Assembly: GCF_000013905.1 (NCBI RefSeq)
Contig: NC_007969.1
Coordinates: 2,640,001 to 2,672,000 of the forward strand
Direction: 5' to 3'
From: Psychrobacter cryohalolentis K5
GTDB lineage: Bacteria > Pseudomonadota > Gammaproteobacteria > Pseudomonadales > Moraxellaceae
Length of the DNA stretch: 32,000 bases
Part shown: positions 1-8,593 of the stretch, one piece after another
How positions within the stretch are numbered: the first letter of the stretch is position 1
How the letters are laid out: each line of letters opens with the position of its first letter
Program-made: the position numbers and the translations under genes
Notes under the pieces: generated by a model
The model's database searches: none
The model's input: only the letters and a program-made list of their open reading frames with translations
What the model was told of the DNA's origin: nothing

Positions 1-164
1 TATAAGCGACCTTATCATCATTGATAACCATCTTTTACAACAATATATCATAGCTATTTTTACTAACTGCCACATCAACTATTAAGCGGTTTTCATCCCT
101 GCTTCTTACTAATAGATAAAGATGAAAGCAGATAAAAAGCGCTTTGAACTTGATGGTAAATATT

Positions 165-1892
165 CTAACCGTGGTTCTTTTCTTCAAGTACACGCAGATC
201 TTTATGCAAAATCTTACCGACGTTCGATTTTGGCAACTCATCGATGAACTCAACATAACGCGGACGCTTATAACCAGTTAGGTTTTCTTTGCTATAGGCA
301 AGCACTTCTTCTTTCGTCAAGCTGTCATCACTACGCACCACATAAATCTTCGGTACTTCGCCACTCTTTTCATCTTCGACACCGATGACACCACATTCCA
401 GAATCTTTGGATGGGCTGACATCACATCTTCTACTTCGTTTGGATACACGTTAAAGCCTGAGACCAAAATCATGTTTTTCTTACGATCAACAATTTTAAA
501 GTAGCCTTCTTCATCCATTACACCGATATCACCCGTACGGAAATAACCGTCAGACGTCATGACTTCAGCCGTGGCATCATCACGTTTCCAGTAGCCTTTC
601 ATCACTTGCGGACCACGAACACAAATCTCACCGCGCTCACCAAGATCTACTTCATTGCCTTCTTCATCCAAGATAGCCATGTCAGTCGCTGGCATCGGCA
701 GACCGATATTGCCTGAGAATTCGCCATTACCTTGTGGGTTTGCAGACGCAACCGGAGAAGTCTCTGACAGACCATAACCTTGTACAATCACGTTACCAGT
801 AATTTTTTGCCATTTCTCAGCAGTATCTTTTAGAACCGCCATGCCGCCGCCCATAGACATCTCAAGCTTGCTATGATCTAAGGCTTTAAATACCTCACTG
901 TTCGCCAATGCATTAAACAGGGTATTAACTGCTGGGAAAAATGCAGGTGGGTAATCTTTATAAGCCTTGATTAAGCTTGCACCATCACGTGGATTCGGCA
1001 CCAGTAGACCGATACAGCCGCGATATAAGCCGAACATGCCACAAACGGTAAATGAGAAGATATGATACAGCGGCAATGCCGTCATGATAACGGGTTGCTC
1101 AGCCATACCGTCAAATTTATCGAAAGCATCACCAAGATAGGTATCACACTGAATCAGATTGGCAACTAAGTTGCCATGGGTAAGCATCGCGCCTTTGGCA
1201 ACACCCGTGGTACCACCGGTATATTGCAGAACAGCAATATCATCAAGGCAGATATTATCTGGACGTTTATAATTTTTCGCCGGAAAACGATTCAGTGCCG
1301 TTTTAAAGTTGGTGCTGCTTTTAAGGTTATAATCAGGTACCAGTTTTTTCACATGGCGCACGACCATATTGACAATAAAGCCTTTCAACGGGCTCATCAA
1401 GTCGCCCATCGAGGTTACGACGACATGGTCAACCAAGTCTTTACCAATCTCTTCATAGGTTTTGGCAAAGTTCTCTAAAATAAATAAGGCTTTGGTATCA
1501 GAGTCTGTTAGCTGATGCTCAAGCTCTTTTGAGGTATAAAGCGGATTGACGTTGACCAAGGTCATACCCGCACGCAGCACACCCAATACTGCAACCGGTA
1601 GCTGCAAAATATTTGGCATCATAACGCCGACTTTATCGCCTTTTTTCAGCCCAAGTGACTGCAAGTAGGCAGCAATTTGTTTACTATAGCGATCTAAATC
1701 TTCGTAGGAAAGCTTGACGTCCATACACACAAACGCTGTTTTACCAGCATGTTTAACAAAATTCCGTTCAAATATATCGATTAAAGAAGTATTAGCGGCT
1801 GGCATATCAATATCATATTGAATACCAAGCTTTTCGTAAGTTTTTACCCATACTTTATCGTTACGACGGATCTGGTTACCTTGATTTTCCAT
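165..1892 (-). CDS. fadD: Long-chain-fatty-acid--CoA ligase (FadD-type acyl-CoA synthetase)
   Basis: 575-aa ORF. The AMP-binding signature LQYTGGTTGVAKGAMLTHGNL closely matches E. coli FadD. GYGLSETSP and C-terminal GKILHKDLR motifs are present. An AGGAG Shine-Dalgarno (complement of 1903-1907) lies about 10 nt upstream of the ATG at 1892. Confidence 0.9.
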   Translation of the reverse strand: MENQGNQIRRNDKVWVKTYEKLGIQYDIDMPAANTSLIDIFERNFVKHAGKTAFVCMDVKLSYEDLDRYSKQIAAYLQSLGLKKGDKVGVMMPNILQLPVAVLGVLRAGMTLVNVNPLYTSKELEHQLTDSDTKALFILENFAKTYEEIGKDLVDHVVVTSMGDLMSPLKGFIVNMVVRHVKKLVPDYNLKSSTNFKTALNRFPAKNYKRPDNICLDDIAVLQYTGGTTGVAKGAMLTHGNLVANLIQCDTYLGDAFDKFDGMAEQPVIMTALPLYHIFSFTVCGMFGLYRGCIGLLVPNPRDGASLIKAYKDYPPAFFPAVNTLFNALANSEVFKALDHSKLEMSMGGGMAVLKDTAEKWQKITGNVIVQGYGLSETSPVASANPQGNGEFSGNIGLPMPATDMAILDEEGNEVDLGERGEICVRGPQVMKGYWKRDDATAEVMTSDGYFRTGDIGVMDEEGYFKIVDRKKNMILVSGFNVYPNEVEDVMSAHPKILECGVIGVEDEKSGEVPKIYVVRSDDSLTKEEVLAYSKENLTGYKRPRYVEFIDELPKSNVGKILHKDLRVLEEKNHG

Positions 1893-1937
1893 AATCTTAC
1901 TTCTCCTAATAAATAATGCGCTACTGTAAACCCATAA

Positions 1938-1954
1938 TTATCACAATGTGATAA
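1938..1954. promoter_or_regulatory. 17-bp perfect palindrome, candidate operator in the fadD promoter region
   Basis: TTATCACA-A-TGTGATAA is exactly self-complementary. It lies 46-62 nt upstream of the fadD start codon. Confidence 0.45.
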
Positions 1955-2504
1955 ACGTACAAAAACTCGGTGTGCAAGCTCACCACAGTGATGGCAAGCA
2001 AGGCTGGCGGTGCAAAGATATTGTGATGAGTCAACAATTTAGCGGTAAATAGCCCTTTATTGTTTAACATACACACTTTATACAAACTACTCAATACAAA
2101 AAAATGCTACTTGAGTTCGTAAAGTAACTTGACGGTCAATATTTACATTTATATCAGTGAGTTAATTATGATTCCGAGCAAATAACCCACTTTTTGTTGA
2201 TAAGTATTTATCGTCTATTCGTAGATAGAATTCATTAAAATCTGGAAGTGACATTGAGCAAAACGATAAGCGCTCAGCCTGCACACCGCTTGCCTGCATC
2301 GATTTTATGATTATGAGCATTATTAAGGCTATATGGGTGAAAACGTAAATGTGATAAGTAAGAGGATAAAAACAGTAACATGAACGACACTCATATTATT
2401 TTCTAAAAACTATCGACCAAAACGTTATAGGATCATCATGCTTAATAAGACCATTAGCTTAAGCACGTCATGCACTGTCGTTTATACTGAGTAGTGGCTT
2501 TTTA

Positions 2505-2558
2505 ATTGCACCAATATCCTTTAGGATAGCACTATCCTATTTGCGCGATTGCACCGAT
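2505..2558. promoter_or_regulatory. Repeat/palindrome cluster immediately upstream of parC
   Basis: A direct repeat ATTGCACC (2505-2512 and 2548-2555) brackets the palindrome TATCCT-TT-AGGATA (2515-2528) and a third half-site TATCCTA (2533-2539). The cluster ends about 40 nt before the parC ATG. Confidence 0.35.
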
Positions 2559-2597
2559 TTTTTATACCTATTAAAACTGATAAGTGAACCCTATTTT

Positions 2598-4913
2598 ATG
2601 TCCAATGTTATCGATAACACGCTTGACCCAATCCTTGCAAATGAACCAATGGATACGCGCTCAGTGGCAGAGTTCGCTGAGCAAGCCTATCTTAATTATG
2701 CCATGTACGTCATCATGGATCGGGCGCTGCCAAATATTGCTGATGGTCTAAAGCCTGTCCAGCGCCGTATTGTTTATGCCATGAGCGAGCTTGGGCTAAA
2801 ATCGACAGCGAAGGCGAAAAAATCTGCGCGTACAGTCGGTGACGTATTGGGTAAATATCATCCGCATGGCGACAGCGCTTGTTATGAGGCGATGGTACTG
2901 ATGGCACAGCCTTTCAGCTATCGCTATCCGCTGATCACTGGTCAAGGTAACTGGGGTAGCCCTGATGACCCCAAGTCCTTTGCTGCCATGCGTTATACCG
3001 AAGCCAAAATGTCTGCTTATGCCAATACCTTGCTCGCGGAACTTGGTCAAGGTACAGTTGATTGGCAAGATAACTTCGATGGTACGATGTTGGAGCCAAC
3101 CACCCTGCCTGCCCGCCTGCCCAATATTTTATTAAATGGAACAACTGGTATCGCCGTCGGTATGGCAACGGATATTCCGCCGCATAACCTGAATGAGGTG
3201 GTACGCGCGGCGATTCGTCTGCTCAAAAACCCTGAGCTGTCGGTTAAGCAATTAACTCAATCGATACCAGCGCCTGATTTGCCAACCCCAGCTGAGATCA
3301 TCACCAGCAAAAAAGACTTGCAAGCGATATATGAGACTGGACGTGGCAGCTATAAAATGCGTGCGACCTTTCATATTGATCCGAAAGAGAAAAATCTTGT
3401 TATCATCAATGCCCTTCCTTACCAAGTCTCAGGCAATAAAATTCAAGAGCAAATCGCCAAGCTGATGACCGATAAGAAGCTGCCTTGGATTGTTGATATT
3501 CATGATGAATCAGACCACGAAAATGCCTGCCGTATCGTCTTAGAGCTAAAATCTACCCGCGTCGACGTGCAGCGCGTCATGAGCCATTTATTTGCCAGTA
3601 CCGACCTAGAAAGCAATTACCGCGTCAATATGAATATGATTGGCCTAAATGGTAAACCGCAGGTTAAAAACCTGAAAGAAATATTGGAAGAATGGCTCGT
3701 CTGTCGCCGTTCTGTAGTCACGCGCCGCTTGCAATATCGCCTTGATAAAATTGATAAGCGCTTACATATCCTCGCAGGTTTGCTGATTGCTTATCTGAAT
3801 ATCGATGAAGTTATTCGCATCATTCGTGAAGAAGACGACCCAAAATTATCATTAATGCAAGATTATGACCTGACTGAAATACAAGCCAATGCTATCTTGG
3901 ATATTCGTTTGCGTCAGTTAGCTAAACTCGAAGAGATTGAGCTGCGGCGCGAGCAAGATGAGCTAGCGGCTGAACGCGCCATCATTCAAGAATACTTGGA
4001 CAATCCAGATAGCCTGACCAATTTGATGATTGATGAGCTCACCGCCGATATGAAAGAACACGGTAACGAGCGCGTATCGCAATTGGCAGAACGCGAAGAA
4101 GCGCAAGCGCTCAAAGAATCGGACCTCGTACCAAGCGAGCCTGTCACCGCTATCCTATCGAAAGCGGGCTGGATTCGTGCGGCTAAAGGTCATGACGTTG
4201 ATGCTGCTGGCATGGCTTATCGCTCAGGTGATAGCTACCAAGCCCACGTTCGCGCTAAAGCTAATGAGAAGATCTACGTGCTCGATAGTACCGGACGCAG
4301 CTATAGTATCGATGCGCATAGCCTCGCTTCTGCTCGTGGTCAAGGCGATCCTCTGACCAGTGTACTGAAACCACCAGCAGGTGCGACTTTTGAGCAATTG
4401 CTCACTGGCGACAATGACCAGCGCATCATCCTTGCCAGCTCGCAAGGCTATGGTTTTATTAACACCATTGGTAATCTAGATAGCAATCAAAAAGCCGGTA
4501 AAAATATCATTAACCTAGCTGCTGATAGTCGTTTATTACCTATCGCCCGTATTGATGCTCAAACTGAGGTGATTGTAAGCTCTGAGAATAATGGCATCCC
4601 TGCTAGCGAAAATAGCTCTACTCTCGATCATATCGCTGTGGTCACCAATGCTGGCTATTTATTGATATTTGCGCTTGATGATTTGCCTGAACAGGCTCGC
4701 GGCAAGGGTAATAAGATGATTAACCTAAAAGGTGATGAGGAAGTGCTTACCATCACGCCACTCAGTAAACATGACAGCTTAGTCATTACTGCTGGCAAGC
4801 GTCATGTGACCTTAAAGCCGATGGACTTAGCAAACTATACATCCAAACGCGGTAGTCGTGGCGGTCAGCTGCCAAGAGGCTTTCAGAATGTGACGAGTAT
4901 TGAGGTTGGGTGA
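2598..4913 (+). CDS. parC: DNA topoisomerase IV subunit A
   Basis: The N-terminal region ([95 protein letters not shown]) is near-identical to E. coli ParC rather than GyrA. I start it at ATG 2598 (MSNVIDN...) rather than the TTG at 2541 used by the ORF track. Confidence 0.9.
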   Translation: MSNVIDNTLDPILANEPMDTRSVAEFAEQAYLNYAMYVIMDRALPNIADGLKPVQRRIVYAMSELGLKSTAKAKKSARTVGDVLGKYHPHGDSACYEAMVLMAQPFSYRYPLITGQGNWGSPDDPKSFAAMRYTEAKMSAYANTLLAELGQGTVDWQDNFDGTMLEPTTLPARLPNILLNGTTGIAVGMATDIPPHNLNEVVRAAIRLLKNPELSVKQLTQSIPAPDLPTPAEIITSKKDLQAIYETGRGSYKMRATFHIDPKEKNLVIINALPYQVSGNKIQEQIAKLMTDKKLPWIVDIHDESDHENACRIVLELKSTRVDVQRVMSHLFASTDLESNYRVNMNMIGLNGKPQVKNLKEILEEWLVCRRSVVTRRLQYRLDKIDKRLHILAGLLIAYLNIDEVIRIIREEDDPKLSLMQDYDLTEIQANAILDIRLRQLAKLEEIELRREQDELAAERAIIQEYLDNPDSLTNLMIDELTADMKEHGNERVSQLAEREEAQALKESDLVPSEPVTAILSKAGWIRAAKGHDVDAAGMAYRSGDSYQAHVRAKANEKIYVLDSTGRSYSIDAHSLASARGQGDPLTSVLKPPAGATFEQLLTGDNDQRIILASSQGYGFINTIGNLDSNQKAGKNIINLAADSRLLPIARIDAQTEVIVSSENNGIPASENSSTLDHIAVVTNAGYLLIFALDDLPEQARGKGNKMINLKGDEEVLTITPLSKHDSLVITAGKRHVTLKPMDLANYTSKRGSRGGQLPRGFQNVTSIEVG

Positions 4914-5039
4914 TTTGATTGAACCTTCAAACATGCTAAATAGCTAGCTTACATTTTCGTAGTGTTAGGTGTCATAAACTTCACCCAGCCTACGCGATAT
5001 CGAATATTTTCTTAGCAAATTAAATATAAGCAGAAATCT

Positions 5040-6158
5040 ATGAAAATAGGACGTAATGATAAGTGTTGGTGCGGTTCAGGGAAAAAATTTAAACGTTGCC
5101 ACTATGGACGTGAAAATGAGACTCCTGTGAGTAAAGGTGAGGCTATTGGTCATAGTCAAAAAAATGCTTCACGAAAGTATTGTTATGCCCCCGCTGATTT
5201 AAAACATGAGTGTAGTCAAAAAATCATCAATGCTCATACCGTCTCAAAAAGTAGTAGCCTAAAAGAAATTGCAGATGAAAGTAATCATGTTTTAGGGTTA
5301 AAAATAAACTTCGCGAATATAGCAAGAAACAAAGGGAAGCTAATTCCAGAAAAAATAGGAATTAATCAAGCTTCTACCTTTAAGGGTTTCTGCTCAAAAC
5401 ATGATAAGTCTCTTTTTTCTTGTATTGAAGATAGAGAGTTTATTGGAGATGATGAACAGTGTTTAGCTCTAATGTACCGTTCAGTAGCGAAAGAGATTTA
5501 TGCTAAAGAAGGTGGGCTTAACACCTCTGATTTCGCTAAAAATAGCGATAAAGGTAAGAACATATTAGATCAAATGTTTATTCAAAAATTTGCTGCAAAC
5601 CATGAAACAGGAACTAAAGCTGCTCTTACAGAATTATCAGAGCTTAAATCTCAACTGGATAACCAACTTTTAGGAAAATCAGTTGACAGTTTGAGCCATC
5701 TTATTATCCATTCAACATCACCCATGCCTGTTGCTGTTTCATCAGTTGTTTCTCCTATAACTGACTTTGATGGAAATTTAATTCAAGATTTAGGTAACTT
5801 AAGCCTTGTTGCTGAACACTTAGTTTTTAATTCATTTTCTAGTGATGGTAAAGGATATGTGGTTTTTAGTTGGTTAAAAACCTCTACTAAAGTATTAAGC
5901 TTTATCAACTCACTATTAGCTTTAGAAGAAAACAAAATTTTTAGTTCGCTAATACGGTTCTTTTTTGGACTTGCTGAAAATACATTTATCTCACCTGTAT
6001 GGTGGAATGGTCTATCGAGTGAACAAAAAGATAAAATAAATAGTCTTATCATGTCAGGGGTAAGTCCGTTCGTGCACAACGATAGAAACTTACTAGTTGA
6101 TGATGGTATAAGTTTTTCGGGCTGGAAAGTAGGTAGCCTTAGGAGAATAAATTTTTAA
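5040..6158 (+). CDS. SEC-C motif (zinc-knuckle) domain protein with an uncharacterised Cys/His-rich domain; orphan accessory gene
   Basis: 372-aa ORF. Residues 9-21, CWCGSGKKFKRCH, form the SecA C-terminal-type metal-binding (SEC-C) motif. The rest has no domain I recognise. The gene is markedly AT-rich relative to both neighbours and has no obvious Shine-Dalgarno upstream of the ATG. Confidence 0.7.
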   Translation: MKIGRNDKCWCGSGKKFKRCHYGRENETPVSKGEAIGHSQKNASRKYCYAPADLKHECSQKIINAHTVSKSSSLKEIADESNHVLGLKINFANIARNKGKLIPEKIGINQASTFKGFCSKHDKSLFSCIEDREFIGDDEQCLALMYRSVAKEIYAKEGGLNTSDFAKNSDKGKNILDQMFIQKFAANHETGTKAALTELSELKSQLDNQLLGKSVDSLSHLIIHSTSPMPVAVSSVVSPITDFDGNLIQDLGNLSLVAEHLVFNSFSSDGKGYVVFSWLKTSTKVLSFINSLLALEENKIFSSLIRFFFGLAENTFISPVWWNGLSSEQKDKINSLIMSGVSPFVHNDRNLLVDDGISFSGWKVGSLRRINF

Positions 6159-6316
6159 TAAGTCTTTAACTTTAAACGAACAAAAAATATTTTGCTATTT
6201 TTTTGCTGTTTAGTAAATTAATAAAGTCTATATAATCAAGTTGAATCTTAAGTGTAATATTGATAAAAAAGAGATATTCCCTTTTATAGACTATTGAAAT
6301 ACAAAAAAGGACATCC

Positions 6317-7123
6317 ATGCCGACCCCGACCCAAAAAACCCCCACCCCAAAAATAATATTTTTTGATATCGATGATACCTTAAGCCGTAACGGTATTATC
6401 GCCGCGCACAATCAAGCAACGCTTGAAGCACTCGCCCAAACTGATATTAAACTGGTGATTTCAACCGGACGTTCCAAAGCCATATTGCCTGCTGATATAT
6501 TAGCCTTACTTGAGGCTGATGTATTGGATGCCATTATCTGTATGAATGGACAATATAGCTTTAATAAAGAGGGCATGATTAGTCATTATCCATTAACCGA
6601 TACGCAGACCAACAAGATTGTAATGCTATGCCAAAAAAGTGAACTCATCCACAAATTTGACTCCGCAACGCATATTGCATGGTCACATGAAAACGCGCGC
6701 CTGCGTGAATACAATGCGATAACGCCTAATTCTATCCTTGACCCAGATTATCATAAGGCAAATACGGTTTATCAATGCTCGGTATTCTTTAACACTCAAG
6801 AAGAGAAAATGCAGGAAATTGACTTTGCCCAAGATGATTTGAAACTGGTACATTGGCATCATATTGGCGCAGATATATTACCAATCGAGGCATCTAAAGC
6901 ACGCGGTATCATCGATTTGTGCCTGCATTACGATATTGATGCAAAGGATTGTATGGCATTTGGTGATGGGCTAAATGATTTAGAGATGTTTGATTTGGTC
7001 GGCTATGCGGTGGCAATGGGCGATGCAAAGCCTGAACTGATCGCGCGTGCGGATTTTGTCACTGGGACAATTGAAGAATATGGAATACAAGCGGTACTCG
7101 ATCATTTGCATATAGCATCGTGA
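6317..7123 (+). CDS. Cof-type HAD-IIB family hydrolase (sugar-phosphate phosphatase-like)
   Basis: 268 aa. HAD motif I is FFDIDDTLS (DxDxT), and motif IV with its neighbourhood is AFGDGLNDLEMF. Length and the cap region are typical of Cof/YbiV-like phosphatases. AAGGA lies about 6 nt upstream of the ATG. Confidence 0.8.
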   Translation: MPTPTQKTPTPKIIFFDIDDTLSRNGIIAAHNQATLEALAQTDIKLVISTGRSKAILPADILALLEADVLDAIICMNGQYSFNKEGMISHYPLTDTQTNKIVMLCQKSELIHKFDSATHIAWSHENARLREYNAITPNSILDPDYHKANTVYQCSVFFNTQEEKMQEIDFAQDDLKLVHWHHIGADILPIEASKARGIIDLCLHYDIDAKDCMAFGDGLNDLEMFDLVGYAVAMGDAKPELIARADFVTGTIEEYGIQAVLDHLHIAS

Positions 7124-7164
7124 CAGTGTGGGCTTGAATAGGGTTATTTATGAGTTTAGTCAAG

Positions 7165-7207
7165 CAGATGAATGGTCTGAAAATAGGCAGGTTGAACCAT
7201 TCATCTG
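7165..7207. repeat. Perfect 12-bp inverted repeat (hairpin) between the convergent HAD hydrolase and small membrane protein genes
   Basis: CAGATGAATGGT (7165-7176) and ACCATTCATCTG (7196-7207) are exact reverse complements separated by 19 nt. No U-run follows on either strand. Confidence 0.6.
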
Positions 7208-7221
7208 ATCTATCACTACAT

Positions 7222-7485
7222 TTAACTGCGTTTAAATACTACTCCATAAAGCCAACTACCTAGTTTATAAAGTGCGACGGCGATCAAAACAAAGATCAAT
7301 GCAGCGATTAAATAAGCCAAAAAAGTGGGTAAATTGGTCAACCAGCCAATAGTGAATGCCACGCCAAGATAAGCTTCCAATGGCCAGCTTAACAAGGGCG
7401 TGTTCATACCATCATTGAAAAAAGCGATGATGGCGCACAGTCCTATAATAGCAGTAATAATGCCAGCGATTTTACGGTTCGTCAT
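7222..7485 (-). CDS. Small hydrophobic membrane protein (about 3 predicted TM segments), unknown function
   Basis: The ORF is almost entirely hydrophobic (IAGIITAIIGLCAIIAFF, GVAFTIGWL, LAYLIAALIFVLIAVALY). I prefer ATG 7485 (MTNRK...) over the TTG at 7503 used by the ORF track. It is co-oriented 51 nt downstream of the SDR gene. Confidence 0.5.
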   Translation of the reverse strand: MTNRKIAGIITAIIGLCAIIAFFNDGMNTPLLSWPLEAYLGVAFTIGWLTNLPTFLAYLIAALIFVLIAVALYKLGSWLYGVVFKRS

Positions 7486-7536
7486 CTCGTCTCTCTTGTA
7501 CAATCAAGTCAATTTATTTAGTAAATAATGCCATTA

Positions 7537-8328
7537 TTAAGGCATGGTCAAGCCGCCATCAACGGCGATAGATTGACCAGTAATAGCTGAGCTTAAGTCA
7601 GATGCCATCAATAGTACTGAATTTGCAAAGTCGGCAACTGAGGTTGCTTGGCGTAGTGGCGTGGTGGTGGCGATATAATCAAACACTTCTTCAGTGGTTA
7701 ATTTACTAGCGTCAGTCGTTTTTAATAGTCCACCTGCTAGCAAGTTCACACGAATACCATATTGCCCAAGCTCCGCTGCTAGATTACGTGTCAGACCAAT
7801 CAATGCAGATTTTGCAGTGGTATAGTCATAATAAGTGACCACCGGATTGTAAACCAAGTTGGTTGAAATATTGATAATCTTACCCATCTGCTGAGTTTTC
7901 ATTTGCGGTAATACCGCTTGTACTGTATTGACGGCACCTTGGACAATGCCATCAATTTGCTGAGAAAAATGTGCCCATTTCACAGTCTCGATACTGGTGT
8001 AATCAGCACTCGGGTTAAACTGGTAGCTCGGCAAGGCATTGTTAACTAAGATATCAATACATCCGAAAAGTTCTATAACTTCTGCTGCCATTGCTTGCAT
8101 TTGTGCTAAATCAGTTACATCCCCTTGATAAGTAAAAGCACGCCCGCCTTCTGCTTCGATATCAGCAACCACTTTTTCAGCCGCCTCTTTACTATGCAAA
8201 TAATTCACGCAAACGCTCGCGCCTGCCGCTGCCATCTGCATGGCGATTTGAGCACCGAGACCACGACTGGCGCCTGTGACGATAGCAACTTTATCAGTAA
8301 GAAGTGTCGGAATAACGGTTTGAGCCAT
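7537..8328 (-). CDS. SDR-family oxidoreductase (3-oxoacyl-ACP reductase FabG-like)
   Basis: 263 aa. It has the cofactor-binding motif VTGASRGLG, an NNA-type motif (VNNA), and the catalytic YxxxK (YTTAKSA). The substrate cannot be inferred. Confidence 0.8.
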   Translation of the reverse strand: MAQTVIPTLLTDKVAIVTGASRGLGAQIAMQMAAAGASVCVNYLHSKEAAEKVVADIEAEGGRAFTYQGDVTDLAQMQAMAAEVIELFGCIDILVNNALPSYQFNPSADYTSIETVKWAHFSQQIDGIVQGAVNTVQAVLPQMKTQQMGKIINISTNLVYNPVVTYYDYTTAKSALIGLTRNLAAELGQYGIRVNLLAGGLLKTTDASKLTTEEVFDYIATTTPLRQATSVADFANSVLLMASDLSSAITGQSIAVDGGLTMP

Positions 8329-8499
8329 GATGTTGTATCCTTTATTATTATGTTATGGTTAGAGTATGACTATACTTAAAGAGCTCTGGCTAAAGGCCAA
8401 GTCACGCTTATCATAGCACGATTGATTGCTATCATTTCATGAGCAGTACTCCTAGCATTGGCTAGTGCTGAACGCAGTTAAATCACTGCCCTGTAAATT

Positions 8500-8528
8500 T
8501 CGACTTACCATGATCATAACCGTATAAT
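8500..8528 (+). promoter_or_regulatory. Candidate sigma70 promoter for the PotD-like gene
   Basis: TCGACT (8500-8505), a 17-nt spacer, then a consensus TATAAT (8523-8528), about 65 nt upstream of the TTG start. This is a sequence match only. Confidence 0.3.
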
Positions 8529-8593
8529 GAATTAATTTTATGACGGATCATGCGCCCGCTTTTCACCTTTTGCCCTAATTTAGGAGAAACATT

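Noticed and set aside
35-256. 73-aa minus-strand ORF at the left edge
   Set aside because: It overlaps the 3' end of fadD out of frame. The sequence is low-complexity and hydrophobic, with no Shine-Dalgarno. It is most likely a chance ORF in AT-rich DNA.
1176-1478. 100-aa plus-strand ORF inside fadD
   Set aside because: It lies entirely antisense to a confidently identified gene. It has no motif and an arginine/glycine-skewed antisense-type composition.
2541-2597. TTG-initiated 19-codon N-terminal extension of parC in the ORF track
   Set aside because: The extension ([19 protein letters not shown]) has no counterpart in ParC proteins and overlaps the upstream repeat cluster. ATG 2598 gives the expected N-terminus.
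6172-6411. 79-aa minus-strand ORF spanning the island/HAD junction
   Set aside because: It overlaps the HAD hydrolase start on the opposite strand. The sequence is AT-rich and low-complexity, with no ribosome-binding site.
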